Positions 1-10,805 are shown, counted from the stretch's first letter. The stretch is DNA of 64,000 bases from Candidatus Aegiribacteria sp. (GCA_030620995.1 JAUXIK010000004.1:18447-82446); one strand, 5' to 3'. Notes: generated by a model not told the origin, from the letters alone. Program-made: numbers and translations.

Positions 1-373
1 AACAAGAAGCGAATCCCTGCGAACGGCAGTAATGGAAATCTCTGCTGAGCCGTCCGACATGAGCATCTCCATATGTCCGAGATTGTATGTCCTGTCGGTC
101 ACAGCCGTCATGCTCATTTCAATATCACGCTGGTTTCCCATCAGAATCATATTCCAGCTGATTGACTGCGTTATCAGGAGTGAATCGGTACCCAGTTCCT
201 GAACATCAAGCTCCATATAACCGACATCATCACCCATTATGGACACGGCGAACTTCTGCAGACCGATATCCGCCGAACCGCCGGATATTGTTGAAGAATC
301 AGCGTTATTCAGCTCGTGTTCCCCTCCGCAGCCGCTGGCGAGTACTGGAACAACAATCAACAGAATCAGAGTT
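1..373 (-). CDS. Lipoprotein, partial (N-terminus in window, C-terminus runs off the left edge); missing from the ORF track because no stop codon is in the window
   Basis: The reverse strand from ATG (rc 371-373) reads MKPGKIITLILLIVVPVLASGCGG..., a signal peptide with a lipobox Cys. GGAGGA sits 6 nt upstream, and the frame stays open to position 1. Confidence 0.45.
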
Positions 374-389
374 ATTATTTTTCCGGGTT

Positions 390-1454
390 TCATCTGTTTC
401 CTCCGGTAAAGTTTTCTATGGCTGCCACGATCCTTTTTCCCGCCTTCCCGTCCCACATGGGAATGACAGGGGGAACATCGGGTCGACATGCAATCTGTTT
501 TGTTACAGCTTCAGGAATTAACGATGTATCGGGGCAGAGCACATTCGTTCCAATTTCGAGAGTCACCGGCCGTTCTGTACTGGTTCTGACAGTTACGCAT
601 GGAACACCAAGAACGCTTGTCTCTTCCTGAACCCCACCCGAATCCGTAATGACAACTGATGCGTCGACCTCACATCTGATAAAATCCAGATAAGACATGG
701 GTTCAACTATAGATAATCTTTTCGGAATACTCAGATCCCATTCATCCATATTGCGAAGAGTACGCGGATGCGCCGGGAACAGAATCCTGAGTCCTTCAAG
801 ATTGCCAAGGGCATCCAGGACAGCGCCAAGTCGCTCCGGATTATCAACATTTGATGGACGATGCAGAGTAACCAGGGCGTAAGGCTCGTCAGGCGGAGGT
901 GCTCCTGTATCCATAGCTGATGGAAGAAGTCTCAGCAGGGTATCAATCATGGGATTCCCAACAAGCTTTATCATTTCACTCTGTCTGCCTTCGGCCAGCA
1001 GATTATCCCTGGCTTCAGTGGTGGTTATGAGAAGCAGATTCGCGATTTGATCTGTCAGTACTCTGTTGATCTCTTCTGGCATATGGCGATCGAAACTTCT
1101 GAGCCCCGCCTCTACATGAATTACGGGAACCCCATACCGCACCGCCACAAGAGCACATGCAAGGGTTGAATTTACATCGCCGACAACAACAATGACCTTT
1201 GGCCTTCGTTCAAGGAACACTTCCTCATACCGCTGCATGATTGTCGCCGTCTGTACGGTAATGCTCGCTGATCCGACTTCAAGGTTCACGTCAGGTCTGG
1301 GCAGATCCAGATCATCGAAAAAGCTCTGTGACATTATATGATCGTAGTGCTGACCTGTATGAATGAGTCTGATTTCAACAGATGGATCAATGTTTTTTAT
1401 TATGGGGTCAACCTTCATGAAATTAGGTCGTGCCCCGCAGATTACGTCAATCAT
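390..1454 (-). CDS. wecB: UDP-N-acetylglucosamine 2-epimerase (non-hydrolysing)
   Basis: HTGQHYD motif and overall WecB/MnaA similarity. The likely start is M at MIDVICGARPNF (rc ATG 1452-1454) with a GGGAGAG RBS; the 52-aa extension on the ORF track is probably not translated. Confidence 0.85.
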   Translation of the reverse strand: MIDVICGARPNFMKVDPIIKNIDPSVEIRLIHTGQHYDHIMSQSFFDDLDLPRPDVNLEVGSASITVQTATIMQRYEEVFLERRPKVIVVVGDVNSTLACALVAVRYGVPVIHVEAGLRSFDRHMPEEINRVLTDQIANLLLITTTEARDNLLAEGRQSEMIKLVGNPMIDTLLRLLPSAMDTGAPPPDEPYALVTLHRPSNVDNPERLGAVLDALGNLEGLRILFPAHPRTLRNMDEWDLSIPKRLSIVEPMSYLDFIRCEVDASVVITDSGGVQEETSVLGVPCVTVRTSTERPVTLEIGTNVLCPDTSLIPEAVTKQIACRPDVPPVIPMWDGKAGKRIVAAIENFTGGNR

Positions 1455-1488
1455 GTACTCTCCCGTGGAATAATCGAATATGTATGAA

Positions 1489-1929
1489 TCAGACAGTATC
1501 CATTCTGTCGGTTCTTCTGCTGTGCCGTCCTCCGTCAAACTCCTCTGAAAGAAAGACCTCCGTAATTTCCCTGGCCTGGAAAAAGGCTGTGATCCCTCCA
1601 CCGAGAACAAGAATGTTCGCGTTATTATGATGTCTTGCGTAATAAGCCATCCGAGGGTACATGCATAGGGCTGCCCTGATTCCCCTGAATCTGTTCGCGG
1701 TCATGCTCATGCCCAATCCCGAATTACAGATAAGAATGCCGAAGTCCGCGCTGCCATCCAGCAAATACCTGCAGAGAGAAGCTGCAAAATCGGGGTAATC
1801 AACAGAATCGGCAGAAAATGGGCCAAGATCTTCTATATCCATGTCCAGCCCTTTTTTATCTTTGAGCCATATGGTCAGTTCACGCTTTAGAGGATAGCCT
1901 GCATGATCGCTGGCCAATACTACCTTCAC
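1489..1929 (-). CDS. rpiB: Ribose-5-phosphate isomerase B
   Basis: MKVVLASDHAGYPLK... is the RpiB/LacAB signature N-terminus; 146 aa. Confidence 0.85.
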   Translation of the reverse strand: MKVVLASDHAGYPLKRELTIWLKDKKGLDMDIEDLGPFSADSVDYPDFAASLCRYLLDGSADFGILICNSGLGMSMTANRFRGIRAALCMYPRMAYYARHHNNANILVLGGGITAFFQAREITEVFLSEEFDGGRHSRRTDRMDTV

Positions 1930-2855
1930 TAACTCCCGCCTCCTGCCTGGTATCCGGCTACAACGCTGGACAATACTATAGAGCAGAGCTTGGATTCAGC
2001 GGAATCAGCTCTTGATGTAAGTACAACCGGGTTTGTTGCTCCCATAATTACCGCGCCAAGCTCTCCGCCTGCAATGAAGATGAGTGCCTTGTAGAGAACA
2101 TTGGCTGCTTCAATATCAGGCAGAAGCAGTATGTCGGCATCTCCTCCGACAGGGCTCTCAATCTTCTTGATCCTGCATGCCTCGGAGGATACGGCAAGAT
2201 CCAGAGCAAGAGGAGCGTCAAAAATGATATCGCCGAATTCACCCGCATCCGCCAGTTCCTGCATTCTGGCCGCTTCCATTGTGCAGGGCATCTTTTCGTA
2301 TGGAACTTCCTTGGCGCAGACGTAAGTTGATTTGGGATGATCGATTCCCAGAGCATGAGCAACTGTAATAGCATTTTTCAGCAAACTGACTTTCTGTTCA
2401 AAATCCGGCGCTATGTTCATGGCGGCATCCGTAACTATAAGAAGCTTGTCGAATCCGGGAACACCAAACGCGGCTACATGACTCATAACTTCCGGGGCTC
2501 TTAAGCCAAGCTCCCTGTCAAGAATAGCTCGAAGGAACGTACTTGAAGCCACCAGACCCTTCATGATGACATCGGCTTTGCCGGATCGTACGATTTCAAC
2601 TCCCTTTATGGAAGCATTTTTATCATCTTCAGCATGTATGATTTCAATGCCGTTCAGATCGAAATCAGCCTTTTCCGCAGCCTCTCGAATACCTTTCTCG
2701 GGACCGATAAGAACTGCCTCGACCATGTTATCTTTGACAGCAGTGCCAATAGCGCTCATGGTTTCAACTTCATCAGCTCGTACAACCGCAACGCGTTTTG
2801 AAGGGAGTTCTCTGGCAATCTTTTTCAGTTCTTCGAGGCTTCTTACAGGTTTCAT
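1929..2855 (-). CDS. ptb: Phosphate butyryltransferase / phosphate acetyltransferase (PTA_PTB family)
   Basis: Family similarity over about 300 aa. The probable start is MKPVRSLEEL (rc ATG 2853-2855), and the 40-aa upstream extension on the track is unlikely. Confidence 0.8.
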   Translation of the reverse strand: MKPVRSLEELKKIARELPSKRVAVVRADEVETMSAIGTAVKDNMVEAVLIGPEKGIREAAEKADFDLNGIEIIHAEDDKNASIKGVEIVRSGKADVIMKGLVASSTFLRAILDRELGLRAPEVMSHVAAFGVPGFDKLLIVTDAAMNIAPDFEQKVSLLKNAITVAHALGIDHPKSTYVCAKEVPYEKMPCTMEAARMQELADAGEFGDIIFDAPLALDLAVSSEACRIKKIESPVGGDADILLLPDIEAANVLYKALIFIAGGELGAVIMGATNPVVLTSRADSAESKLCSIVLSSVVAGYQAGGGS

Positions 2856-3076
2856 GAATTCTCCCTGATTTTTGTGAAAATACACGGTAATGAATGTTAA
2901 CTTCCAATATACAGCACGAATATACGCACTTCTAAAGGAATCCCGCAAGAAGTGTTGACAAATCAACTCGTTCAAGAGAGATTAGGTGGCATTCTTCTGG
3001 AAATCAATCAATGTGTACCGGTGTTTAAAAAATCCTGTTCATACAGAAATACAACTCGCGAAAGGGGTGGTGACAA

Positions 3077-4396
3077 ATGAAATACATACCTGCGTCAAAA
3101 GTCAGGTCAACAATAGCAAACCATATGCTGGCAGATGGTTTTGATATGGTTCTTGACCTTGAGAAAAGCAAAGGATGCACTATACATGATTCTCAGGGTG
3201 ATAAGGACTATCTTGACCTCTTCAGCTTTTTTGCTTCAGCACCACTTGGCATGAACCATCCCGGGCTTTGCACCGAGGAATTCAGAAACCACATAGCCGA
3301 TGTTGCTATCAACAAGCCTTCCAACTCGGATTTCTACACTGAAGAACTTGCGGCTTTTGTGGAAGCATTTGCGGATACCGTTATTCCTGACAGCCACCCG
3401 CACCTTTTCTTCATTTCTGGCGGTGCTCTTGCCGTTGAAAACGCCATGAAAACGGCTTTTGACTGGAAGGTTCGCAAGAATCTCGAAGCAGGCAGAGGTG
3501 AGCTGGGCTCGAAGGTTATTCATTTCAGAAAAGCCTTCCATGGAAGAACAGGTTATACTCTTTCCATGACAAATACTGCTGATCCGAGAAAGTACATGTA
3601 CTTCCCTCTGTTCGACTGGCCGAGAGTAGATCCGCCGTCGATAAAATTCCCTCTTGAGGATAATCTTGACGAGGTCATCGAAGCCGAGAAAAAGACGCTT
3701 GAACAGATAGATGAAGCCATCAAGGAATACGGACACGATATCGCCTGTCTTGTCATGGAACCAATTCAGGGTGAGGGCGGAGATAATCATTTCAGACCCG
3801 AGTTCCTGCAGCAGCTCCGCGAACGGGCGGATAAGCATGAATTCATGTTCATTTTTGATGAGATTCAGACTGGAATGGGGCTTACAGGTGAATGGTGGGC
3901 ATGGCAGTCTCTGGGTGTAGAACCCGATATCTTCTGTTTCGGCAAGAAATCCCAGGTTTGCGGAATCGCATGCAACAAGCGTGTTGATGAAATAAAGGAC
4001 AATGTTTTTCACGAATCGAGCAGGATTAATTCCACCTGGGGCGGTAATCTCGTTGACATGGTCAGATGTACCCGTTTCCTCGAAATCATGGTCGAAGAAG
4101 ACACGCTGGAAAACGTCCGCAGCAGAAGCAAGACTCTCCTCGACGCTCTTCACAATCTTGAGAAGAAGTATCCCGGCAAATTCTCGAATGTTCGAGGCCG
4201 GGGACTCATGTGCGCCTTTGATCTTGAAGACGAGGAAACCAGAAACAGAATGATTGCTTCGATTATGAAGAATGGAGCCATCATTCTTCCCTGCGGTCAC
4301 ACCAGTATAAGATTCAGACCCCCTCTGAATATCACGGATGATGAGCTTCTTAAAGGGATCAGCATCATTGAAAAGGCTGCTGAGGTAGTTTTCTGA
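3077..4396 (+). CDS. lat: L-lysine 6-transaminase (class III aminotransferase)
   Basis: Blocks FDEIQTGMGLTGEWWAWQ, FGKKSQVCG, NSTWGGNLVDMVR, RGRGLMCAF and RFRPPL match Lat (lysine epsilon-aminotransferase) rather than other class III enzymes. Confidence 0.75.
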   Translation: MKYIPASKVRSTIANHMLADGFDMVLDLEKSKGCTIHDSQGDKDYLDLFSFFASAPLGMNHPGLCTEEFRNHIADVAINKPSNSDFYTEELAAFVEAFADTVIPDSHPHLFFISGGALAVENAMKTAFDWKVRKNLEAGRGELGSKVIHFRKAFHGRTGYTLSMTNTADPRKYMYFPLFDWPRVDPPSIKFPLEDNLDEVIEAEKKTLEQIDEAIKEYGHDIACLVMEPIQGEGGDNHFRPEFLQQLRERADKHEFMFIFDEIQTGMGLTGEWWAWQSLGVEPDIFCFGKKSQVCGIACNKRVDEIKDNVFHESSRINSTWGGNLVDMVRCTRFLEIMVEEDTLENVRSRSKTLLDALHNLEKKYPGKFSNVRGRGLMCAFDLEDEETRNRMIASIMKNGAIILPCGHTSIRFRPPLNITDDELLKGISIIEKAAEVVF

Positions 4397-4420
4397 GCAG
4401 GAATACCTTTTAGTAAGATA

Positions 4421-5278
4421 GTGAGAGACGGTATGGATATCATTCAGTTCACCAGAGAAGATATTGGTCGAATAGCAACACAGCTCGCCAGAACGGGGTG
4501 GGCCGAGGCCAACGCGGGAAATATCTCCGTTCTGCTTCCGGAAGGAGCAGCCGATACGATATGGGAAAATCAGGTTTTCTCCGATCCGCTCCCGATACCT
4601 ATTCCTGAACTGGCCGGAAGAACTTTCCTTGTGACCTGCGCCTGGAGCCGATTCAGAACACTTCAGCAAAAACTCGACACGGAAATAATCCCTGTCAGGG
4701 TTTCTTCTGATGGACTGAAAATAATCAGACTTAAGGGAAGCAAAGATCCCACAAGCGAGTTCAGTACCCATCTCCTTGTTCTGGCGGGAGCGGTAAGCCG
4801 CGGTTGGACAACAGCCTCTCTCGTTCATACACATTCGACGCATATGCTGGCGCTGTCCTCCAGTGACCTGCCGGGAGAGATGCTCGAAGATGCCGTCAAC
4901 AGATCTCATCCGGAGGTATCTCTTCTCCTCGGACGCGGTGTACGCTTTCTTGATTACATGACCCCCGGCACATGGGAGCTGGGGGTGGAAACAGCAAAGG
5001 TCTTTGAGAACAGTGACTGCGTTATCTGGAGAAAACACGGCATTCTTGGTCTTGGCAGAGATATTGATTCTGCCTGCGACGCGGTTGAAGTTGTAGAAAA
5101 GGCAGCTCGATTACTTCTCCTTGAGAAATCCGCTTTTGGTAAATTCGTAGGTCTGAAAAACCGCGAACTTGTGCCTAAAGACCCTTTGTCCCCAGAAGAC
5201 TCCGATGAAGATATCGATGATACGGATGGCGATTTGCCACCCGGTCTTCCGATTATAGACATTGGGGTCGGATCTTGA
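4421..5278 (+). CDS. Class II aldolase/adducin family protein with an acidic C-terminal tail
   Basis: The GWAEANAGNIS motif and overall fold resemble the fuculose/rhamnulose-1-P aldolase-like family. The last 5 codons and the stop lie inside the REPIN-like repeat. Confidence 0.65.
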   Translation: MRDGMDIIQFTREDIGRIATQLARTGWAEANAGNISVLLPEGAADTIWENQVFSDPLPIPIPELAGRTFLVTCAWSRFRTLQQKLDTEIIPVRVSSDGLKIIRLKGSKDPTSEFSTHLLVLAGAVSRGWTTASLVHTHSTHMLALSSSDLPGEMLEDAVNRSHPEVSLLLGRGVRFLDYMTPGTWELGVETAKVFENSDCVIWRKHGILGLGRDIDSACDAVEVVEKAARLLLLEKSAFGKFVGLKNRELVPKDPLSPEDSDEDIDDTDGDLPPGLPIIDIGVGS

Positions 5279-5390
5279 ATTTTGACATTTCTTAATTTAC
5301 TCAATGACATATACGCGAAAGAATGATTAACTATCAGATATGACACCTTTTCATCTGTCATGAAAATGTTAAAATTCAAGATCCGACCCC
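5264..5390. repeat. REPIN-like element: two inverted REP-like arms, 5264-5291 (GGGGTCGGATCTTGAATTTTGACATTTC) and 5362-5390 (its reverse complement with 1-2 mismatches), separated by a 70-bp spacer
   Basis: Inverted repeat read directly from the sequence. The arms are about 70% identical to the 29-bp inverted repeats that flank the RAYT gene at 12405 and 13357. Confidence 0.6.
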
Positions 5391-5563
5391 GTTACTCTTG
5401 ACAGGAAGTTTCAAATTCTCAATTATTCATCAGGGCATAATTCAAACAGGAGGTTCGATCTGATCATTTTTTCTTTTCTGTTGGCAAGTATGAGATGCAA
5501 ATTCAGTGGTTTTTCAAAAGATGGAAATCCTGACTGATCTGCATAAACTGAAAGGATAAATAA

Positions 5564-6115
5564 GTGAGAAGGTCGAAGTTCGCGGCAGCAGCCGTGATTA
5601 CATCAATCATTCTGTCAGTATCCGCATGCTGGAATCCATTCGCTCCCAAGCAGACTACTCCGATCAACCCATATCAGTACTACGCCCCTGTTGACAGCGC
5701 CTGGAAAGTACTGAAAAATTTGGAATATTCATATTCCAGCATGGATATTGACTGCTATATTGCATGCTTCAGAAGCGATTTCGAGTTTCATCTTCTTGAA
5801 ATTGACTGGGCTGATTACACCGGTAACGGTGTGATTGACGAGTACTGGGGCCTTGCCAAAGAAGAGGAATTTCACATTGCGATGTTCAATTCAGTATCGT
5901 CAATCGAACTGACTCTTTCGGGAGATTCGGAATTCCCCTGGAGTGGAGATCCGACAGGTATGGCCCTTGCCCTTCCGAGAACCTTCGATCTGAAAGTCTA
6001 TACTGACGGCGGGGTAAACGGATACTGTGCTTCCGGATCAGCTCTCTTCATCTGCAGAGAGGATGAATCAGGCGAGTGGTACATCTGGCAGTGGTGGGAT
6101 CAGTCAAGTACCTGA
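5564..6115 (+). CDS. Hypothetical lipoprotein
   Basis: Signal peptide with lipobox (ILSVSAC); no recognisable domain. Confidence 0.5.
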   Translation: MRRSKFAAAAVITSIILSVSACWNPFAPKQTTPINPYQYYAPVDSAWKVLKNLEYSYSSMDIDCYIACFRSDFEFHLLEIDWADYTGNGVIDEYWGLAKEEEFHIAMFNSVSSIELTLSGDSEFPWSGDPTGMALALPRTFDLKVYTDGGVNGYCASGSALFICREDESGEWYIWQWWDQSST

Positions 6116-6123
6116 ACCTGCCC

Positions 6124-7467
6124 CTAAGGCGTTAAACGCTTCGCGTCACGGGGAAACATCGTTGTAAGACGGATATTGTCCACATCGAGAATCCTGGCGG
6201 TCATTCTCTCAAGACCTATTGCAAGGCCGCCATGTGGCGGAAGGCCGTATTTGTGCGCCTGCAGATAGCTTTCAAAGTCATCCGGATCAAGCCCGAATTT
6301 CTTCATTTTTTCAACCTGCATTTCGTATTCGTGAATCCTTTGTCCTCCGGTTGTAACCTCGAGACCTCTGAACAGCAGATCGAAGCTCAGCGTTGTACCA
6401 GGATTTGCAGGATCATCCATCGTGTAGAACGGCCTCTTCTCCGTGGGGAAGTGAGTTACAAAAAGGAATTCGGAACCCCATTCCTCCTTTGAATACCTGC
6501 AGAGTATCTTCTCTTCCTCCGGCTCAAGGTCAGGTTCTCTCATGCAGTTCTTCCCGCTGATCTCAGAGGTAATCCTATGTGCTTCCTCCAGCGTAATGGA
6601 AGGTATTTGCTCACCTATTTCAGGCATCTTTGCGCCAAGCATTTCGAGTTCGTACGAAGTGTTCTTCCTCACCCTATAGAGGCAATGCCTCAGAACTGCT
6701 ACCTCAAGCGCCATCACGTCTTCAAATCCGTCAATGAAACCCATCTCAAAATCGAGAGAGGTGTATTCGTTAATATGTCTGGAAGTCTGGTGAGGTTCAG
6801 CTCGGAAAACAGGTCCTACTTCAAACACCCGCTCAAAGATACCTACTCCCATCTGTTTGTAGAACTGTGGGGATTGTGCAAGAAATGCAGGCCGGCCGAA
6901 GTAATCAACTTTAAAGATATTTGCTCCGCCCTCCGCTCCGGCTGAACAGATTTTCGGAGTGCGGATCTCGGTAAATCCCATATTTGAGAGGCTTTCCCTG
7001 AAGCCGAGCGCAAATGATTCCGCAATCTTGAGCCTGGCTCTTTCGCCGGGGTGCCGCAGACTCAGAGGGCGAAGATCAAGATTGGTATCAATGTGCAGAT
7101 CGAGAACTTTTTTGGTCGTATCGACCGGTGGCTGAACCGCAGGTGCTGAAATGATATCGATTGAATCCACATGAATTTCAACAGATGCGGGATGAATTGA
7201 ATTGTCCTTTATTCCGGCTTCCTTTACTGTACCCGTAACTTCAACCGACTGCTCGACATCCAGATTGTCAAGAATCTCTTCGTTTCCGTCATTCCCCATA
7301 ACGCATTGCAGTAATCCGTCATGGCGACGAAGCACGATAAACGCGCCCCAACCAAGGCAGCGGATTCGCTGAATTACGCCATGGAGCGTTACTTTCTCTC
7401 CCGCCATTCCCTCAAGCGTTTCTGCTGAAAGCAGGTTTGTCATTCCTTTATCACTTATACCGATCAT
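6124..7467 (-). CDS. aspS: Aspartate--tRNA ligase, archaeal/type-2 (about 440 aa; possibly non-discriminating)
   Basis: Class IIb motifs FRAEPHQTSRHINEYTSLDFEM and GGLAIGLERM; N-terminal OB-fold anticodon-binding domain; GGAGAGG RBS before the ATG at 7465-7467. Confidence 0.8.
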   Translation of the reverse strand: MIGISDKGMTNLLSAETLEGMAGEKVTLHGVIQRIRCLGWGAFIVLRRHDGLLQCVMGNDGNEEILDNLDVEQSVEVTGTVKEAGIKDNSIHPASVEIHVDSIDIISAPAVQPPVDTTKKVLDLHIDTNLDLRPLSLRHPGERARLKIAESFALGFRESLSNMGFTEIRTPKICSAGAEGGANIFKVDYFGRPAFLAQSPQFYKQMGVGIFERVFEVGPVFRAEPHQTSRHINEYTSLDFEMGFIDGFEDVMALEVAVLRHCLYRVRKNTSYELEMLGAKMPEIGEQIPSITLEEAHRITSEISGKNCMREPDLEPEEEKILCRYSKEEWGSEFLFVTHFPTEKRPFYTMDDPANPGTTLSFDLLFRGLEVTTGGQRIHEYEMQVEKMKKFGLDPDDFESYLQAHKYGLPPHGGLAIGLERMTARILDVDNIRLTTMFPRDAKRLTP

Positions 7468-7527
7468 GGAAAACCTCTCCGTTTTCTGGAAGCTCGTATT
7501 TCTCTTCAGAACAGCTAATATACATAT

Positions 7528-7923
7528 TCAGTCCTGTTGCGATGAATCACTCTCAAGGTTACTGTTCAGATTGGGATTAATTCCCCCGGATTTGAAAACA
7601 CGAATCAATCTGTTGGGAACTGAAATCAGGTGAGCCTGGAGTTCCCTGAATACATTTTCCGCGTTAATCAAAAGATCCTCTGCTTCCTCTCGACCCGGTT
7701 CATCCAGTTTGATTGTGCAGGAGAGTTTTCTCACATACCTGAATATATCCCTCAGTTTCGGCTGGTACTTTGTCCTCGAAAGCTCTCTAAGATTATGAAG
7801 TTCTTTCAGATCAGATTCAGCAAGCGCTTCTTCCTTCTGCAATCTGAAGCTCTCTCGTATGCGTTCCATCTGTTTGAGTAGAAGACTCAGCTCTTCGACT
7901 ACTCTTATATTTGCATTTTTCAT
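7528..7923 (-). CDS. Hypothetical coiled-coil protein
   Basis: ORF with a probable start at MKNANIRVVEEL; charged and helical; no recognisable domain. Confidence 0.3.
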   Translation of the reverse strand: MKNANIRVVEELSLLLKQMERIRESFRLQKEEALAESDLKELHNLRELSRTKYQPKLRDIFRYVRKLSCTIKLDEPGREEAEDLLINAENVFRELQAHLISVPNRLIRVFKSGGINPNLNSNLESDSSQQD

Positions 7924-7991
7924 ATTCTTGGCTTTCTTGATAGAGTGAATTAGAATTCTTGAAGTATATAAGATTAATCGATTGGAGAAGA

Positions 7992-9086
7992 ATGTCAGAC
8001 ACCTACCAAATATTAGCAATCAATCCCGGCTCCACGTCTACGAAAATATCTGTATTTGAGAGTGAAAAGGAAGTATGGTCTGCAAAAATATGTCATTCCA
8101 ATGATGAGCTGGCAGGATTTGACCATATTTTTGAGCAGTATGATTTCAGAAAAGATGTTATTGAAAAAGAGCTTGAGGAAGCTGGTTACGACATTCCATC
8201 CTTCGACGCGATTGTCGGTCGGGGTGGACTTCTCTACCCTGTTGAGGGAGGAACATACGAAGTAAACGAGAAGCTCCTTGAAGATCTCCGTGCAGGCGTT
8301 CAGGGGGAGCATGTTTCTAATCTGGGAGCTCCAATTGCAAATGAACTTGCTCATGAAGCCCACTGTCCCGCGTTTATAGTTGATCCGGTTGTTGTAGATG
8401 AAATGGAACCTCTTGCAAGGTTCTCGGGTCATCCTGATCTTCCCAGAAGATCGATCTTCCATGCCCTGAATCAGAAATCTGTTGCACGGAAAGCATCCTC
8501 AGATATTAAGAAATCATACGATAAGGTAAATCTCATAGTAGTTCACCTCGGTGGAGGAATCTCAGTGGGCGCTCATAAAGCCGGAAGGGTTATTGATGTC
8601 AATAACGCTCTTAATGGTGATGGCCCTTTCACACCTGAAAGATCCGGGGGTTTGCCGGTAGGTGATCTGACAGCACTCTGCTTCAGCGGTAAATACACTC
8701 TGCCGGAAGTCAAAAAAATGATCAAGGGCGCTGGCGGAATTGTAGCTTATCTTGGTACAAACGATATGAGGCTCGTCGAGGATAAAATCAGAGAAGGAGA
8801 CAGGAAGTACGCTCTGGTCTACGAAGCAATGGCATACCAGATAAGCAAGGAAATTGGAGCCATGGCAACTGTTCTTGAGGGCAATGTTGATGCAATAGTC
8901 CTTACCGGCGGAATCGCCTATGACAGGAATTTCGTGGAAATGATTCGCAGCCGCACGGGATTCATTGCGGAGATTCTGGTCTATCAGGGTGAGATGGAAA
9001 TGGAAGCTCTTGCGCTTGGAGGTTTGAGAGTGCTTCGGAAAGAAGAGAACGCAAAAATATACAACCCACGGAGGAAAGTTCTCTAA
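7992..9086 (+). CDS. buk: Butyrate kinase
   Basis: [14 protein letters not shown]-terminal ASKHA motif and full-length butyrate kinase similarity; the probable start is MSDTYQ. Confidence 0.85.
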   Translation: MSDTYQILAINPGSTSTKISVFESEKEVWSAKICHSNDELAGFDHIFEQYDFRKDVIEKELEEAGYDIPSFDAIVGRGGLLYPVEGGTYEVNEKLLEDLRAGVQGEHVSNLGAPIANELAHEAHCPAFIVDPVVVDEMEPLARFSGHPDLPRRSIFHALNQKSVARKASSDIKKSYDKVNLIVVHLGGGISVGAHKAGRVIDVNNALNGDGPFTPERSGGLPVGDLTALCFSGKYTLPEVKKMIKGAGGIVAYLGTNDMRLVEDKIREGDRKYALVYEAMAYQISKEIGAMATVLEGNVDAIVLTGGIAYDRNFVEMIRSRTGFIAEILVYQGEMEMEALALGGLRVLRKEENAKIYNPRRKVL

Positions 9087-10750
9087 TGAGTGATTCAGAA
9101 TTCGAAAAGAGAAAAAAACTCTGGGAAGAAAACATCCTTGATCCTGTCGTGAACAAATTCCCTGAAAGAAAAGAGACTTTCGTCACCGGATCGGGAGAGC
9201 CGGCGGAACGTGTTTACTTCCCTGAAAAACCGGATGAGGAATATCTGAGGAAACAGGGTTTCCCCGGACAGTACCCGTTCACAAGGGGAGTACAGCCCAC
9301 AATGTACAGGGGTCGTTTCTGGACGATGCGGCAATATGCGGGGTTCGGAACGGCGGAGGAATCAAATAAGCGGTATCGCTACCTTCTTGAACAGGGACAG
9401 ACCGGACTTTCAGTGGCGTTCGATCTACCGACTCAGATAGGATACGATTCAGACCATCCTCTCTGTGAGGGTGAGATAGGAAAAGTCGGCGTTGCTATCG
9501 ACAGCCTCTCTGATATGGAGATTCTGTTCAGTCAGATTCCCCTTGACAGTGTGTCAACCTCTATGACCATAAACGCTCCGGCTGCGGTTCTCCTTGCGAT
9601 GTACATTGTGGTTGCGGAGAAGCAGGGTATCCAGGCCAGAATGCTTCGCGGTACAATTCAAAATGACATTCTGAAAGAGTACATGGCCCGCGGAACCTAT
9701 ATTTTTCCCCCTGCCCAATCCATGAGACTCATAACTGACATTTTCTGCTTCTGCAGTGATAATGTACCGAAATGGAACACAATAAGTATTTCAGGATATC
9801 ACATTCGTGAAGCAGGGAGTACTGCTGCGCAGGAAGTTGCATTCACTCTTGCCGACGGTATTGCATACGTTGAAGCAGCAATTGAAGCAGGATTGAATGT
9901 CGATGATTTTGCGCCCAGGCTCAGTTTTTTCTTCAATGCGCACAATGATCTGCTTGAGGAGGTAGCTAAATTCAGAGCTGCGAGGAGATTATGGGGACAA
10001 ATCATGAGAGAGCGGTTCAAAGCAGAAAATCCAAAGAGCATGATGCTCCGTTTTCACACCCAGACAGCCGGCTCCTCTCTAACTGCTCAGCAGCCGGATA
10101 ACAACATCGTGAGAGTAGCAATTCAGACTCTTGCGGCAGTACTCGGCGGTACCCAGAGCCTCCACACGAACAGCAGGGATGAAGCCCTTTCTCTTCCAAC
10201 TGAACAGGCGGTTCGGATCGCTCTTCGAACCCAGCAGATTGTGGCTAACGAATCCGGGGTCGCGAATACAGTTGATCCGCTGGCGGGAAGTTATTTCGTT
10301 GAAAATCTTACAGATAAAATAGAAGAAGAGGCTCTGGAGTATATCAGAAAAATCGATTCAATGGGTGGTATGGTCAGCTCAATTGAGAGTGGATACCCTC
10401 AGAGAAAGATACAGGATTCAGCTTACAAATATCAGCGTGATATTGAAAATAAAGAAAGAGTAATTGTAGGGGTCAATAGTTATAGAATTCAGGAAGATCC
10501 ACCTGAAGGCCTCCTGAGGGTAGATCCTTCCGTTGCCGAATCGCAGCTTTCCAAGCTTGACAGCATAAGGAATAAGAGGGATAACAGTGCTGTTGAAACA
10601 AGTCTTGGAGCTCTTCAAAAAGCTGCAGACTCTACAGATAACCTGATGCCGTTCATACTTGATTCCGTACGGTGCTACGCTACTCTTGGTGAAATATGCA
10701 GGGTACTCAGGGATGAATTCGGGGAATACAGACCCAGCACGGTCCTGTAA
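9086..10750 (+). CDS. Acyl-CoA mutase large (catalytic) subunit, methylmalonyl/isobutyryl-CoA mutase family, without a B12-binding domain
   Basis: [61 protein letters not shown] matches the MCM/ICM catalytic barrel. The ATG overlaps the buk stop (TAATG), which points to translational coupling. Confidence 0.85.
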   Translation: MSDSEFEKRKKLWEENILDPVVNKFPERKETFVTGSGEPAERVYFPEKPDEEYLRKQGFPGQYPFTRGVQPTMYRGRFWTMRQYAGFGTAEESNKRYRYLLEQGQTGLSVAFDLPTQIGYDSDHPLCEGEIGKVGVAIDSLSDMEILFSQIPLDSVSTSMTINAPAAVLLAMYIVVAEKQGIQARMLRGTIQNDILKEYMARGTYIFPPAQSMRLITDIFCFCSDNVPKWNTISISGYHIREAGSTAAQEVAFTLADGIAYVEAAIEAGLNVDDFAPRLSFFFNAHNDLLEEVAKFRAARRLWGQIMRERFKAENPKSMMLRFHTQTAGSSLTAQQPDNNIVRVAIQTLAAVLGGTQSLHTNSRDEALSLPTEQAVRIALRTQQIVANESGVANTVDPLAGSYFVENLTDKIEEEALEYIRKIDSMGGMVSSIESGYPQRKIQDSAYKYQRDIENKERVIVGVNSYRIQEDPPEGLLRVDPSVAESQLSKLDSIRNKRDNSAVETSLGALQKAADSTDNLMPFILDSVRCYATLGEICRVLRDEFGEYRPSTVL

Positions 10751-10805
10751 CCCAAAACCACTCATATGTGGTGTGGTCGAGTTTAGCAAGAAAGGAAAAT
10801 TCAAC

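Noticed and set aside
162-630. Plus-strand ORFs of 119 aa and 104 aa
   Set aside because: They overlap the 3' end of wecB and the minus-strand lipoprotein gene, and they have low-complexity, Arg/His-rich composition typical of antisense frames.
3236-5038. 600-aa minus-strand ORF
   Set aside because: It lies antisense across both the lat and aldolase genes, which have strong family signatures, and it has no recognisable motifs. It is a frame artefact.
10659-10805. Upstream start of the 581-aa lipoprotein ORF
   Set aside because: It would overlap the mutase gene by 90 nt. A TTG with a good RBS immediately precedes a classical lipoprotein signal peptide.
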